The notes beneath the pieces were generated by a model, which searched no databases, was not told the origin of the DNA, and worked only from the letters and a program-made list of their open reading frames with translations. DNA of 63,854 bases, counting the filler, from Dugesia japonica (lineage: Eukaryota), in NCBI GenBank assembly GCA_001938525.1. It is 5 parts of 5 records of this genome, joined end to end, with 100 filler letters (N's around TTAATTAATTAA, not from the genome) between each part and the next. Parts side by side here need not be neighbours in the genome. Positions count along the whole stretch, not along the records: positions 22,476 to 31,537 come from MQRL01571071.1; positions 31,638 to 53,924 come from MQRL01577218.1; 3 more parts are not named here. One strand, 5' to 3'. Shown in pieces: positions 24,961 through 38,358 of the stretch. A program made the translations under genes and the position numbers. Position 1 is the stretch's first letter. Each line of letters starts with the position of its first letter.

Positions 24961-26746
24961 AATAGATAGGAAAAACAGTTAATCCTATTACATAAAATTT
25001 CACCGATGAAATTAATCTCATGACATAATTTGTGTGCAAAATTTGTTCGCCGCCTTTTTACATTAGAAAAGTTTAAAAACAGTTATGCAATAATTGTCGC
25101 GACAAGATTAATTACATTATGTAACGCACACAAATATGTGCCGCCGCCTATTTACATTAGAAAAATTTAAAAACAGTTATGTCATAATCCGATTACGTTG
25201 GAGGGGGAGGTACTGGATATGTGCTGTTCTTTACTGCCACTATCTATCTTCTTTCAGATGTCCTGTGATCTTACTTTTCTACATGCGATTCTTAAATCGA
25301 ATTAGGAATGAACTATCCAGTATACTATGGAGTGTGATAGTTAATTCATTACAATTTCTTCCTCTCATGCAGTTAACCACTACACATTTAAGTCAACATC
25401 TTGTTCGTGTGTATATGAGAAAATTTTGCATCGATGAGAGTAATATTAGCAACCAAGGTAACCAGTAAGGCCAATAATTAAAACTGGTTTTCCACCACGT
25501 CATCGGTTATTTAAAATAAACGGATTTTCTTTAGAGATGTTTTTTTTGGTTAATCATTAAGGTCATTACTTAAATCGACATCACCTTTAATCTAATCACG
25601 GAGTTATGTTTTACCAATGTTGCTATTATATTTAGGTACACCCACGTGACTTTTAAGAATAATGCTACTATTATTATTATCATGATAATTTTTTCATTAC
25701 GATTATTAGTAACAAAAGGTGGTACCGTTACTAGTATTTTTGTAATAAACGACCTGTGGACCTGATTGACGTTATTTTCGTAATTATTGTCGTCCACATC
25801 TCGGGAATATTTTATTAAAAACACTGTTAATAATATTACCGTTAGCACTAGTGATAGTATGAACAGCAATTCTATTATTCCTATTAGTATCATTGATACT
25901 GCTGACATTTTTAGTATCCAATCCGTTCCTGTGTATTACTGCTATTATTATTAATTGGATTGGTAATATTATTATCCAAGCTATTTTTTTGTATCATTAC
26001 TATTATTATCATTAAAATTAACAATAATATTGTAGCATTATTATTAATTAATTAATATTAATATTAAATTAAATTAATATTAATTACAATTACTATAATT
26101 ACTTTTTACCAACAATACGACCACCCATAGGTTGGGATAATTCTTAATATCCGTCACCTTAGCACTGTTATGATTCGAGTTATCTTATGACCATTCTCGG
26201 TCTCAATATTGGGATTTTAAGTGCAGTTATAATTAAGGTCGCTTTTTGAGTAGTATCTGTATCTAACACTTTCATTACGAATAACATTATTCCAAGAATT
26301 AAGCGGGTCATTTTTCTTTGTCTTAAGGATAAACGCAGTTAATTCTGTTAATTCCATCTAATAATGTCAGAAGTATTCAAAATTACCCTCAGATTGATCC
26401 GAAAGCAGCGCAAAATCACTTGTCTTAAACAGCTGCTCACCGATATCTTATCGTGAGGCCGAATAGAACACCCCGACTAAACCGATCTATGTTGTTTCGC
26501 TGCAATGTTTGCACTTGATCTAAGGGTGGACTTAGACGAGGAATGATCCTCTCGAATATTTTGTAATTCATAATAAAACCTTTTGCACTTAAGTAATATG
26601 ATGCTGTTTTAATGTAAACAGTATTTATCCAAGTTAATTCAGTTACTTATTATAGCAACGTTATTAAATAATTAAACGGATAGTAAAGTAATTTAGTACA
26701 TTTAGATTTTTATGATTTTGATGTTATTAAATTTTCGTTATTAGAG

Positions 26747-27850
26747 ATGGACCACGTATGGGAAACCCGTCTCAATGGACAAACAAATAAAGTCGTATTT
26801 AAGCGCTATCATAATCCGCATGACCGAAATGCAGGAGTGATGCAAGACCACTACAATCTACCGCCTCTCATCACTGATAACGAGCGGGAGTGGGACGCCT
26901 TCGAACGGAACGCGTACTACGTACTCCATAAATATAATTGTGTAACCTAAATATTTTTTAAAAGTTCTTGTTTTACTCTAATGCATTCGTCATTAAATAG
27001 ATCACAGGCTCCGAACAAGAAGTTAAGAGAGTCCAGTGAGCATACAGAGCTAACTTGGGATCTTTATAAGCTCGCGAAACGCCATTGGGAAGCGGATACC
27101 GCGTCTGCCAAAGCCGAGGTTAGACGCTATAAGAAGAGGTGTCTCAATATTTTAGGCAGAGGCAGAGCATCCCAGAATCACGAGACGGTCTGGAAAGCAC
27201 AAGTCAAATCCTTTACCGAGATCATACGGTCCTACCAAGACCGAAAAAATAAATTGGTCGACGATATTCTGAAATTAGGAAAGGCTATGGCACTCGCCCC
27301 TCTCCTAATAGATAAAAGAAATTCAGACGATTTACTCATAAACTCACCTAATTTTTTATTTGAAATAATAAATCATTTCTTTCTAACTCCATTTTTCATG
27401 CAATTTGCTTATCCTAATTTTAATATATCTTCTGTTTTAATGAACCGAATACCTTCTAATTTAGTGCCTCGAATTACCTTTCCGAATAGTTTGAAGAGAT
27501 GTCACCGAATAATGCGTCGCCTGTTACTAGAAAGACATCTTAAGCGTCAAACAGATCGTTCCCTCTTGAAGAATCTTGTTCAGCACGACCAGTTGATAAA
27601 AAAATTAGATTTGGTGATTAAAAAACAGAATGACCTGGCAATCCAAAAAAATACCAGGAAGAACAGACTAAACAACTGTTACAGAGGAAGATCGATTTTC
27701 TCAAACAGTATATCTCTGACCTATTGCGTCAACTGGGTAAGCCAACGTGGGGGCAGTGGGACGATAGTTATGACTAAGCGTCCTTTGATTTTTTGGTTAC
27801 TGATCCGGCCCAGTGGCTAGACCTTGGGGCTCTGGATGAACTGTAATTAA
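26747..27850 (+). CDS. Unassigned spliced helical-protein family, copy B, upstream of a PBS (putatively LTR-encoded)
   Basis: ORF 26747-26941 joins in frame to 27008 via GTAACC...ACAG (66 nt). Contains EVRRYKKR...EIIRSYQDRKNKLVDDILKLGKAM, homologous to copies A and C. Confidence 0.5.
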
Positions 27851-28102
27851 GGAAATCAAATGTAGTCATTATTGATGTTTTGATGAGTTTATTTGATAAA
27901 ATAATAAGGGAAAATAAGGAATCCTAAATAAAGGTGTGCGAGTGCGAACCTCCCGTAAAGGTCGAGGGTCAACCGCTCTACACCGAAGATCTAACTTAGG
28001 GGCATTAGATTTAAATTTTTGAAGGGGTATCCCTGATGGCTGTTTTTTCCTCGGCCATTTTTTTGTTTGCCATCAACTCAGGTGGGACCCCAACAAGAAT
28101 TT

Positions 28103-28116
28103 TGGGGGCTCAGCCG
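28103..28116 (+). promoter_or_regulatory. Primer-binding site, tRNA-Pro-like
   Basis: TGGGGGCTCAGCCG versus the tRNA-Pro PBS TGGGGGCTCGTCCG (12/14); 7 nt after ...CCCCAACA (28095), a plausible LTR end. Confidence 0.7.
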
Positions 28117-28439
28117 TTATTTGAATAAAAGTTTTCATGAAACAAAACTCTGTAAGAGTTGTGAAATAAAATAATAAAAAATATTATTAACAATAATTAT
28201 TAAATGAATAATTAATATGGAAATAAATAAAGTATCAAATAATAAAATTAAGAAATTTATTATCTAAATAACTGATTATGAAACAGGAAGTTGTATGTTG
28301 ATACTGATATTAAGGTAACTATAGGAAATAATAAATAGGAAGGAAGAAAGTAATCGGATTAAATTTAGGAAATAAAATCAATGAAAATTGTTATTTTATA
28401 TTTTCAGTGATCATGTCTAGATATCCACAGAATTCATCA

Positions 28440-29200
28440 CGGAAACTCTCAAAAAGGAAGATAAATTGAAGGAAGATAAATAAAAGGAAGATAAATTAAA
28501 GGAAGTTTATTAGGAAAAAAATAAAGGAAGCTAATCTTGAAGAAAATTTAAGGAAGATAATAAGAAGAATATCCAGTTATACTTATTACGGACACAGTTA
28601 TGGAAAATAGGGATCACCAACTGATAAGTTGAAATCAGAAGATTGATCACCTTTGTAGAAAGCAACCACAACAGTTGCCTAATAACTGTAACTGAAGAAG
28701 AAATTAGGTATTATTGGATATCTTATGCACGCATATTTATGAAAGACTACGCGAAGCCCTAAGTACATTAACCAGTATGTTAACGGAAGACCATGTAGGA
28801 AGGAAGCATAATTAAGCAAGCCTGCGTATGGTAGGGAAAACCCCGGAAGAAATTAAAGGAAGCCTACGCAAGGAAGGAAGATACGTGAAGTCCTAAGCAC
28901 ATTAACCAGTATGATAAAGGAAGGCCACGTAGTAAGCACACTATAGGAAACCTGATTAGAAGAAGAATTAAAGGAAGCCTGAAGCGTTCGGCTGTACATA
29001 AAAGGGTACTCCAAATGTGGCCGCCGATCCCTCAGAAAACGTTTGGTACTCTCCCATAAATTTAGGAAAAGTTTGCATGTTACCCTGGCATTTAAAGGAA
29101 GAAATTAAGGAAGCATTACAGGAAGATTAAAGGAATACTTAATTAAGGAAATTTAAAGGAAGCTCAAAAGAAGACTTAATTAAGGGATATAAAAAGGAAT
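28440..29200 (+). repeat. GGAAG-rich repeated leader between the PBS and gag
   Basis: Many AAGGAAG motifs on one strand; duplicated unit GAAG(C/T)CCTAAG(T/C)ACATTAACCAGTATG at ~28752 and ~28887. Confidence 0.8.
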
Positions 29201-29289
29201 AAGTTAAGTAAAATGGTTGAGGAATTGTGATGACAAATGTAGAGCAGCATGATTTAAAGTAAGTTTAAAATCAGGAAGAGGAGTGATTG

Positions 29290-31196
29290 TCTCCTACGTA
29301 AAGACCATTAGTAGTAAATTTTATTCTAGAGAAATTAAAACTACAAGATATCACAAAACCCAAAACCGAAATACAATAAACAACCAACAAGCCAGACTCT
29401 AACAAAATAGATTCCGGCCCCGAAAATAGAAAATCAGTTTCACGATCTAACTTAACCGGATTATCCACTACAAGTTTAGTTCTAAGAGAAACCCAACTTA
29501 CTTGACACAGGTCATCAAGACAGAAAAAGAAATCGTCATTATATTTGGATCCTGAAGAGAACATTTGCTCTCTCAAGAAACAGGAATTCGACAAACTATC
29601 CCTAGAAACTATCAGTTCAAACAGTAGCCCGAGCGATAAAGAAAATAAATCCATTCTGAAAGCAGCACCGAGTAAAACCCCAGTGGATATTAACAGATCA
29701 AGTGGACTAAGTTATACTTCAGAGGAATCGGATATGATCGAATCAATAATCAACAATCAGGAAAATACAGATTTGTTGTTGGTAAAAACAGGCCACACAG
29801 GGAACAAAATAACCCCATCAATAAATGAAAATAGGAAAATAGAATTTAATCTCATAAAAGACAAAAACATAACAGCCAAAACTGAAAATCAACGACTAGA
29901 ATGGAAAATAAAATTTGATGGCGAACATTTTAGTGGAATACCAAACAAATTAGACGAATTTATCCAAAATTATGAAATGTATGCCAAAACCTGCGGATGG
30001 GATAATGAGGCTAAGAGAAAACGGTTACCAGCATACTTAACAGAAGTAGCCAAAACTGTGTTTTGGGATCACACTAAGGGCATGGAAGCCATTTCCGAGA
30101 CATAGGAAGCAATAGTGAAAATATTGACCGATAATTTCCAAAATTTAAAACTGACGGGTCAGGATTTCGAACAATTCATCAACCAAAAACAACAACGACG
30201 AGAAACCCCACAAGCTTATATGATGGAACTCAAGAGACGAGGCAAATTGGCGCTGGGAGACAAATTAGAGGAAAGTCAAGTGTTGGCTATATTACTAAAT
30301 GTATTAAGAGACGAAAGCGCCAAACTAATGGTAAAACTAAGTAAGCTAGCAACTTTGCATGACGCATTGGCAACGTAGCGAATTGTGGCGGATAGACGAT
30401 CATAACGAGTATTCAAAGTAGAAGGACAAACATAGGAAGCTACACCACGGATATCAAATTTCATACCCAATACACATTCGCTGATAAAAACCCTGACTCC
30501 AGGGCAAGAACGGAACAATAGGAATGATAGATCTAACTACTTCAGAGGAAATGAAGAAGGATTTAATGCACCACGAAATAATTGGCAAAATAACCAGGAT
30601 ATACAATGTAATTATTGTAGAAGACGAAGACAAATAGCCAAGGACTGTAGGAGTAGAAGCAATAATAATAACAATAACCGATTTTGTTCGTACTGCAAGA
30701 AAACCAACCACAATGTAGAAACTTGTTTTCTGAAAACCCAACGGTCTGTTATAAATATAATAGAATAGGTCAAATGGCAAAGGAATGTCCAAATGTAAAC
30801 CAAACAAATTGTTATCGGAATCCGAAGACCAACCTCGATAACTTGATGCATGAAAATGAGAGATTACAACCACGGGTAAACCAAAACAAGGGACAAAATG
30901 ATTGGTTTAAATGGCAAAATCAAGATATGCCAGTACAGCAGAAAAGGTAAGCGAAGAGGAGCCTGCTCAATGAACTACATACGAATCAGTGCAATATGAT
31001 CCTAACCCATAGGCAAATTTATAACCAACACGACGAAACTACGGAGGTAACTGAAATGGAAGACACCAGAAAACGAATAATAATTACATCACCGGAATTC
31101 GAATGGACTAATGAAATTATTTATAAAACCATCGAAGCATCAACAACTGTTACTGGAAGAAGACAAGTAATGAATCAAATGCTCAGGTTGTATTAA
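29290..31196 (+). mobile_element. LTR retrotransposon gag (long N-terminus, three knuckles, in-frame stops)
   Basis: FSGIPNKLDEFIQNYEMYAKTCGWDNEAKRKRLPAYLTEVAK and QKQQRRETPQAYMMEL; knuckles CNYCRRRRQIAKDC, CSYCKKTNHNVETC and CYKYNRIGQMAKEC. Confidence 0.88.
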
Positions 31197-31212
31197 CACC
31201 CACAAGGTTGTC

Positions 31213-31537
31213 ACATATGAAATGTCCGATTTTAGAACTCTTTTTTTAAACATATATATTTTTATGTAATATTTACCATTTAGAACTTATTTATATATCT
31301 TTTTGAAGGTGGAATTTTTGATTATCATTATATATTATTTGTTTTCAAAATATATTTATTTAAATTACTTTTAGACAGCATGGAACACAAGCTAAGAAAT
31401 ACGTAATGCAAACATTATTTTTATATGAATGAAAATTAAAGCATAACCCAACAGAACCTGCATGAAACATTAATTTTGCATTTGGAGAGGGTTCAGCTAA
31501 TGAAAGAACTCTTTGAAGATGGTTCGACAAATTTCAA
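31213..31537 (+). mobile_element. mariner 5' end (TIR and HTH region of transposase)
   Basis: TIR-like AGGTTGTCACATATGAAATGTCCGATTT; TLFLYE*KLKHNPTEPA*NINFAFGEGSANERTL*RWFDKF is a typical mariner HTH. Confidence 0.88.
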
Positions 31538-31637
31538 NNNNNNNNNNNNNNNNNNNNNNNNNNNNNNNNNNNNNNNNNNNNTTAATTAATTAANNNNNNN
31601 NNNNNNNNNNNNNNNNNNNNNNNNNNNNNNNNNNNNN
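31538..31637. other. Artificial contig-join spacer
   Basis: 44 N + TTAATTAATTAA + 44 N. Confidence 0.95.
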
Positions 31638-32380
31638 ATCATTCATTACCGGACAATTTTTTATCATGTGATCCACATGTTCAAATCTGAAGTATCTCAA
31701 GTGTGATCTCTATATATAATTATCACAATATCTACTTATGTGTCCCTTTTCAACATTCAACCATCATTTTCTTTGGACAATCCTGTTTTTAATGACCCAA
31801 TTTATAGCACAACCGACATTACAAACTTTTTCACTTGTACTTTGCATCGCCAATCCTTATCTCGTAAAATTATTTACTTTTTGAATCTTCTCATTTGTCA
31901 ATGTTGCATAATTTCGAACTATATTCCTTATGATTTTCGGTTTAATTTAATAATTTTAACGTCTCCTTGACATTTTCTATCCTCCTTCTTATCCAACTCC
32001 TTATTCATAAATAATTCGTTCACTATCCCTTCAAGTTGTTTAATATATGTCACAATATCATATTTCCCTTGTCAGTACTCCGGAAAATTTTGCATGTTCA
32101 CTATCATGCTTCTTTTGCTATCGAAAGCTTACCGTTAACGATCTTGGAACCCTTCTGCTTATTTCAAAGTTTTATTCTTCCAACAAAGTTTGTTCAATCG
32201 TACACAAGATTTATCATTCTTGCTCCTATCGCTGCATAAGTAAATTTCACTGATGAATTTCTCTAAATCTTCACCACGGCAGTAAATCTTCGGAAGTAAA
32301 GGATGAGTAATAGCATTAGTATTTACCGCTGCTACCGTGTTAGGAATCACAATTATCACTATAATTGGGCAATTCTGAAA
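31638..32380 (-). mobile_element. Degraded gypsy gag fragment
   Basis: LPKIYCRGEDLEKFISE N-terminus and decayed knuckle YFRFEHVDHMIKNCP. Confidence 0.6.
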
Positions 32381-32675
32381 ACACGTTTACCAAAATTTAT
32401 TTTATAATAAATTAAAATCTTACAAAATAGTTGCTTATTACTTTTACAAAATAATACTTATCAGAAGTTATAAAAAATATACAGGAAAGTTTACAAAGAT
32501 TTTTATTTCAAATTCCAATTTAACCAAATTTTACTTTTTTTAAAAAAACTACAACTAAAAATACAAATTGAAATATTTAAACAGAAACACAAAATTTCCC
32601 AAAAGTTCAAATAAACAGATAAAATAACAAAATTCAATCAAACATAAAATTCTACTAAATCACACATTCCTTACG

Positions 32676-32734
<59 letters not shown>

Positions 32735-35700
32735 TGCTTGAAACAGATTATTTAAGTCTGAATGAAATTGAATTAAGAAATCGTTTTCTCGAAATTACAT
32801 AAAAAGTAATAATATTTTAAAATAATTTTGTTAAAACTTCTAAGATTTAACTAAACGGTAGCACATTATAAGATCTTCGATTGATAGCGATGATTTCATA
32901 AATATTGTTTTCATTTACTAATTTTCATTTAAACTTCTTTTCATGTAACATAGTTTAATCGTAAGAGTCTGAAAATATTAATAGTAATACCCAGCATATT
33001 CTATCAAAAACTGGGCGTAATTCACAATTCCAAACAGGTTCTTTCCTTAATTTTACAACTGCATTGTCTCTATTTACATGTTTTAATTTTGGTAAATATC
33101 GATTAACAGAATTAAACAATAAATTTAAATATTTGAAATGTATTTTACTTTTCGCAGGAAATAAAATAATGTGATTAAAATATTTTAGTTTTTTATTCAG
33201 TGTCATCGTAAATTTGAAATTAGAAACAAATATTAATTAAAGTCACATTCTAAAATATTTGATAAATATGTGCTATAAAAAGTACAACTGATCAAATAAC
33301 TGATTACAAGAAAATACAAATTTTTATTTTAATAAAAATTAATAATCAAATATTACAAAAAAATTACGAAACATAATTTTCTTTGTATGTTTTTGTTAAA
33401 TATTAAAATAAAATAATGTCGCGTAATTAATCAATACCCAGGAAAAACAATAAAACCAATTTTCAAATTGTCACCCTCAAAAGGAAGGCATTAACTTCTC
33501 GATAAAAAAACTGACAATAAGTAATTAACAAGAAAATGTATTTCTATAAATAATTTTATATTTTAAAATGAAATTTATTCAGTAAAACAAACTTAAATTA
33601 TGAAATAGGAAAATAATTTGACGATATTATTTATTTATTTTGCAATTGAAAGCTGCTATAATTTCCAATTGATACTGATTTGAAAATTTTGTTTTTATTA
33701 TATCTTAAAAACAGTTAAATTCAAAACTTCTTTTATTAAAATAAATTCCAATTTTTCTAATGAATTTTTAAAGACAATCATGTCAAAATATTGAAATATT
33801 TTATTTATTGCACATTAGATTTGGAAATTATAACTTCGAATATGATTGGTTGATTATCACTGTTTTGGAAAATCGATATATAGCAACAAAAATCAAATTA
33901 GTAATAGGGTCAAACTAGGTCATAAGGACGCCCAAAAACGGATTAAATTTAATGTGGTCATTTTTTCTATATTTCGTTTTAGATAAAATATAATAATTTA
34001 TACAATTTATGTGCAATATATTATTTTTACTAATTTATTTTCATTTCTATTTGAACAATATAATAAATTATAAAAAAAATTAAAATAAAATTATTTTCTT
34101 CTAAAATTCTATATATAATTTAAACAAAATGGAATAATCAATATTACTTTGTGGTAATAAAAACCATTTCTATTAAATAAAATTTTGAAATCTAATTTAA
34201 ATTGATAATAAATACGGATGGATTATTCCACAGAAAATAAAACTATATTTATTATTCTATAGAATTTTTCTTTTAAATTAAGATTTTCTCTAGCTGGTAC
34301 CTTGTAGAGAAATTTCATCAAATAAATTATTTGATATTTAATCGAAACACTAAATATAGACTATTTTAACAACAAATTCAAATAAAGAATTATTTACACA
34401 TATTAGGAAAAAGAAATTAAAACAAAATATTTTTATGTAAAATTTTATTAGTAAAATACACATTTTTACAAAATTGATATTCTTATTTTGTAATTTATCA
34501 TCGACTTTTTTGATAGGATTTAATGGTTTACATAGATTGATTATTTTTATATAGACGTTTTGATTCGATTATATATAATGTACTGGCAATTATACCAGAA
34601 ATACTTTATAATTAACTCTTTAAATATGTTGGGATTTATATGAAGATTTCAAATATTTAAAGGCTCTCAAAATCATTTATATTTAATTTATTTATTTATC
34701 AAATTTCAATGGTTAATTTATTGACTTTTATTAATCGATATAATATTATAGATGTATGTCCTTCGAACAATCCATGTAAGTGTGTTTGAACAATCTATCG
34801 TTAAACAGTAGCAAAAACCAATATTATTAAAACAAACCATTGGTTACAACTTTTATTTGCATTATTATTTATTAATCAAATTTTTTTTGATATTTCATTT
34901 ATAAAAACATTTAAATAGAGCATTCATGAAAAATGCACACTGAATTAGTTTCCATCCTAATAAATTCACAAACACAAATTAATCATAATTTGACAACATT
35001 TGGCCAACCTCTCTTTGATGACACCCAAAGTCTGTTAAACTAAATCATTAGAGTTGATACAATAGATTGAATTCAAAATTGATTTCACTTATTGATTTTA
35101 ATTTTCAAGATTTGGTACTTTTTTAACTACTCAGATTTTCACACTTTGATTACAAATCTGAATCTTACAAGTTCAAATTCTTATTTTAGTTTATATAATA
35201 TTTTAACGTTTACTACTTTCCCACAAACGATATTTTTATTTGGTTTATTTAACTAATAAGATGCAATGAATTGTATTAAATTTCAACTAAAAATGTGCTA
35301 ATTTTAAAAATTTATTAATTTTCTTTTTAAGCTATCAAAATTCCTTCTAAAATCGCAAAATATTTTCTGTTTAACTAGACTTTTTCTCCAGTTTAGATCT
35401 CAACATTATCAATGTTAGGAAAATCGCCCGAAGACAATTTATTTTCAATAAAAAAATGATTAATTTACACATATTTTATTGCCAAAATTCAAAGATAACT
35501 AAAATACCCTAAATAAAACTGATAAAAATTATTTTACCCAATTTTTATTGGTTAATATTTTTATCACAATTAATTAGAGTTTCGAACGAACCTAGGTTTA
35601 GGCTCGGGGATCGGAAAAAAATTCAACGAGCCTTAAAGATAATTTTAAAATATTACTTAATTGATTAAAGCAGTAAATTTTATAGTATACCGATGATATA

Positions 35701-36957
35701 ATTTTCGCAGTGAATAATTTATTATTTATTTAAAATTTTAAATTAATTTATTGATATTGAATTAGTAATCTTAATTAATTTTTTTTTATCAAAATACATT
35801 TAATAAATATATCTATTCAACATTAACAAACATATTTTGCAATATCTAGATTAATTTTGTACTTTTAATGTGGAGTCTAAACTATTAAACAATGAAACCG
35901 AACTGTTTAAAATTTCTTGTAAATTAACAGTACAAAGGAACTATAGTGTGTATTTATCATAACAAAAAATTCTGTGAAAAGAACAAAAGAAATTAAAAAA
36001 AATTATAATTCCAGCTTATCAAAAATCGTTGTCAAATTAAAATGAGTACATTTGGCCCTCCGGATACGATTTATGTCAACTATTCAGAGATAGGTTCAAA
36101 TTGTCGATGAAATTTGATATGGATGCGAGAAAATAAATTTATTTTTAGATAGCATTTCCAGACTTAACCAATATAAATATACATTAATCTAGTCGTTTAG
36201 ATAATCTAAGCTTGATGCATAAAAATATTAGAAAATAAAGGGGAAATTTGCACGGAAATGAGACATAGGTGTAATAAGAGCTTATATAGATACAAATCAA
36301 TTTTGACTATAAGAAAATAACCATAATGTATGATCCTGATTTCATATCTCTAAATATTCATGGTTATTAATTTTATTTGAGTTGATATTTTATTTTAGAC
36401 TTTTCTATTTATTCTTGATATTGATCACACTTTTAATTACTCCTTTGTCTTAATAAAGAATGAATAATAGTTATATAGTGAATATTCTCTGAGGCGAAGA
36501 GTAAAAGAAATTTTCCCCAGACAACTGCTTATTACGACTGATACTGAATTTCAATCTAATCAAAAGGAACTGCAAATATTTACATTTTCTATTATGTTAA
36601 ATAATCATTCATTTTCATTGTTTTATTTTGAGTATTAATTAAAGTGCAAAACAAGTAAAAAAATAGTTGTAAATAAATTATAACAAATTAGTAATAACTT
36701 TATATACAATAAACTGGTATTATTTTTACACACTTTTGCATAGATAACTCCAACATAAGTCAAATATGTTAAACTAGTTGAACTTGATATGATTCTTATG
36801 ATAAATTCCGTTAAAAGTTTTAGATAAATCTTATAAAAACTTTTCTATTGTTTACAAATCTTTATTAGACATCAAGTAATTTAATTTATGAATCAATTAC
36901 TTGTTCATTTAAAGTAAAAGCTTCGATCAAATTGTTTTTTATTGTTTGAAAAAAGTC

Positions 36958-36992
36958 AATTCCTGACGAAGACAAAGTCGAAATATCGATTC
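36958..36992 (+). ncRNA. Minimal hammerhead ribozyme motif in a short dispersed repeat (copy 2)
   Basis: AATTC-CTGACGA-A-GAC-AAA-GTC-GAAA-TATC-GATTC. Intact CUGANGA and GAAA core, 3-bp stem II, ATAT palindrome, AUC triplet. Confidence 0.7.
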
Positions 36993-37793
36993 AATCTCAT
37001 AAAAACAATTAAAAAAATTTTGATTGAAGCTTTTATTTTAAATGAATTCTACAAAACGATCAATGGTTACGTCCAACAATTATTCTCGCAATAATTGCAA
37101 NNNNNNNNNNNNNNNNNNNNNNNNNNNNNNNNNNNNNNNNNNNNNNNNNNNNNNNNNNNNNNNNNNNNNNNNNNNNNNNNNNNNNNNNNNNNNNNNNNNN
37201 NNNNNNNNNNNCAATCATGCATTAAACAATCCTTGCTATTATGAAATAATTAATTTGGTGCTATATTTCTTGTAGTTTATTCATTAATACATGATTAAAA
37301 ATTGTTCAAGCAATAATATTTGATTGCCGCAAGAAATGACTGACAGACTAGATAAAAATGTGTTATCTTCTTCGGTTTTAAAGAAAACTGCATATTAAGC
37401 GAAACATGAAGAAACTAAGCACTTTAAAAATTAGAAATAATAAAAAATACATAGTCAAGAATAAAGACATAAATATGACTTATAAAAGCCAAAATTAATT
37501 TTACTTTTCGTAAAATTTCATATTTATAAAGCTTAATCAATACAAACAAAACCAGTCTACGAGGCATTTAAATCTCAACAAAACTTAACAATTGGGTAAT
37601 TATTTTTCTAATAGATAATTTGAGGAAATTATGGTTGAATTGAATTTTTAAATGACACAAGAAATTGTGAAATTTTCATTTTTTTTCAACACGGACTTTA
37701 AATTTTTAACAATATTTTTCTATTCTGAAATAAAAAATTATTGATTATTTAATAATTTGATTCATGCTATGCGTTAACACTAGATTTAGATAA

Positions 37794-38358
37794 CCCATCA
37801 AATTGACGCGTTACCAATTTTATGCTTAAAAATTCTGAACATGCAAATATTATTCCTTGGACCATGGGTGGGCAACACGAGGCCCGCGGGTTGCATAATT
37901 ATTTGAAAATATTTTGGCCCGCGAGATTCATCGCACTTTTACAAAATAAATATTTCACTATATATTTTTTATATTTCATTTTTAGTGTTATATATTATTT
38001 TACAATGTTCGTTTAATATCATTATTATTATATTATCTATGTTTACATGTAAGAATAATAGTAAACACAATAATAATAACTCATTATGTTATAATTTTTC
38101 ACACCAAAAAAAGTCTATAGATTTAGACTCTAAATCTAATGTGGTTAAATTTTATATAAGGCCCGCGGAGTTATGATGCACTTTCAAAGTGGCCCTTAAG
38201 ATCATTTGGGTTGGTCACCCATGCCTTAGACATTACATATTGATTTTTAATGATATAATGCAGCAAATATATATTTCTACTTGCTATCTCTGGAGCATCT
38301 ATATTTCATTATTTCTAGATGTTGTATACCTATTACGAAAATCTGTCAATTTGATGGG
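37794..38358. mobile_element. piggyBac-type MITE
   Basis: TIRs CCCATCAAATTGAC / GTCAATTTGATGGG; flanks ATAA / TTAA. Confidence 0.85.
37863..38223. mobile_element. hAT MITE nested in the piggyBac MITE
   Basis: TIRs CATGGGTGGGCAAC / GTTGGTCACCCATG, subterminal GGCCCGCG motifs, 8-bp TSD CCTTGGAC / CCTTAGAC. Confidence 0.9.

Noticed and set aside
25199-25210. GGAGGGGGAGG as a polypurine tract or LTR start
   Set aside because: No second LTR on this contig to define the boundary, and no pol sequence upstream.
25570-25908. 112-aa ORF with two apparent transmembrane helices
   Set aside because: The Ile/Leu/Asn bias is what decayed (AAT)n produces; there is no independent coding evidence.
29271-29654. 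Minus-strand ORFs over gag, and plus-strand ORFs over PNUTS
   Set aside because: Antisense shadows of real coding sequence.
32955-33206. VFDRICWVLLLIF resembling a Cys-loop receptor M4 helix
   Set aside because: The helix is too short, with no supporting exons or convincing splice sites.
36010-36580. Possible host exons
   Set aside because: Could not build a phase-consistent, recognisable peptide.
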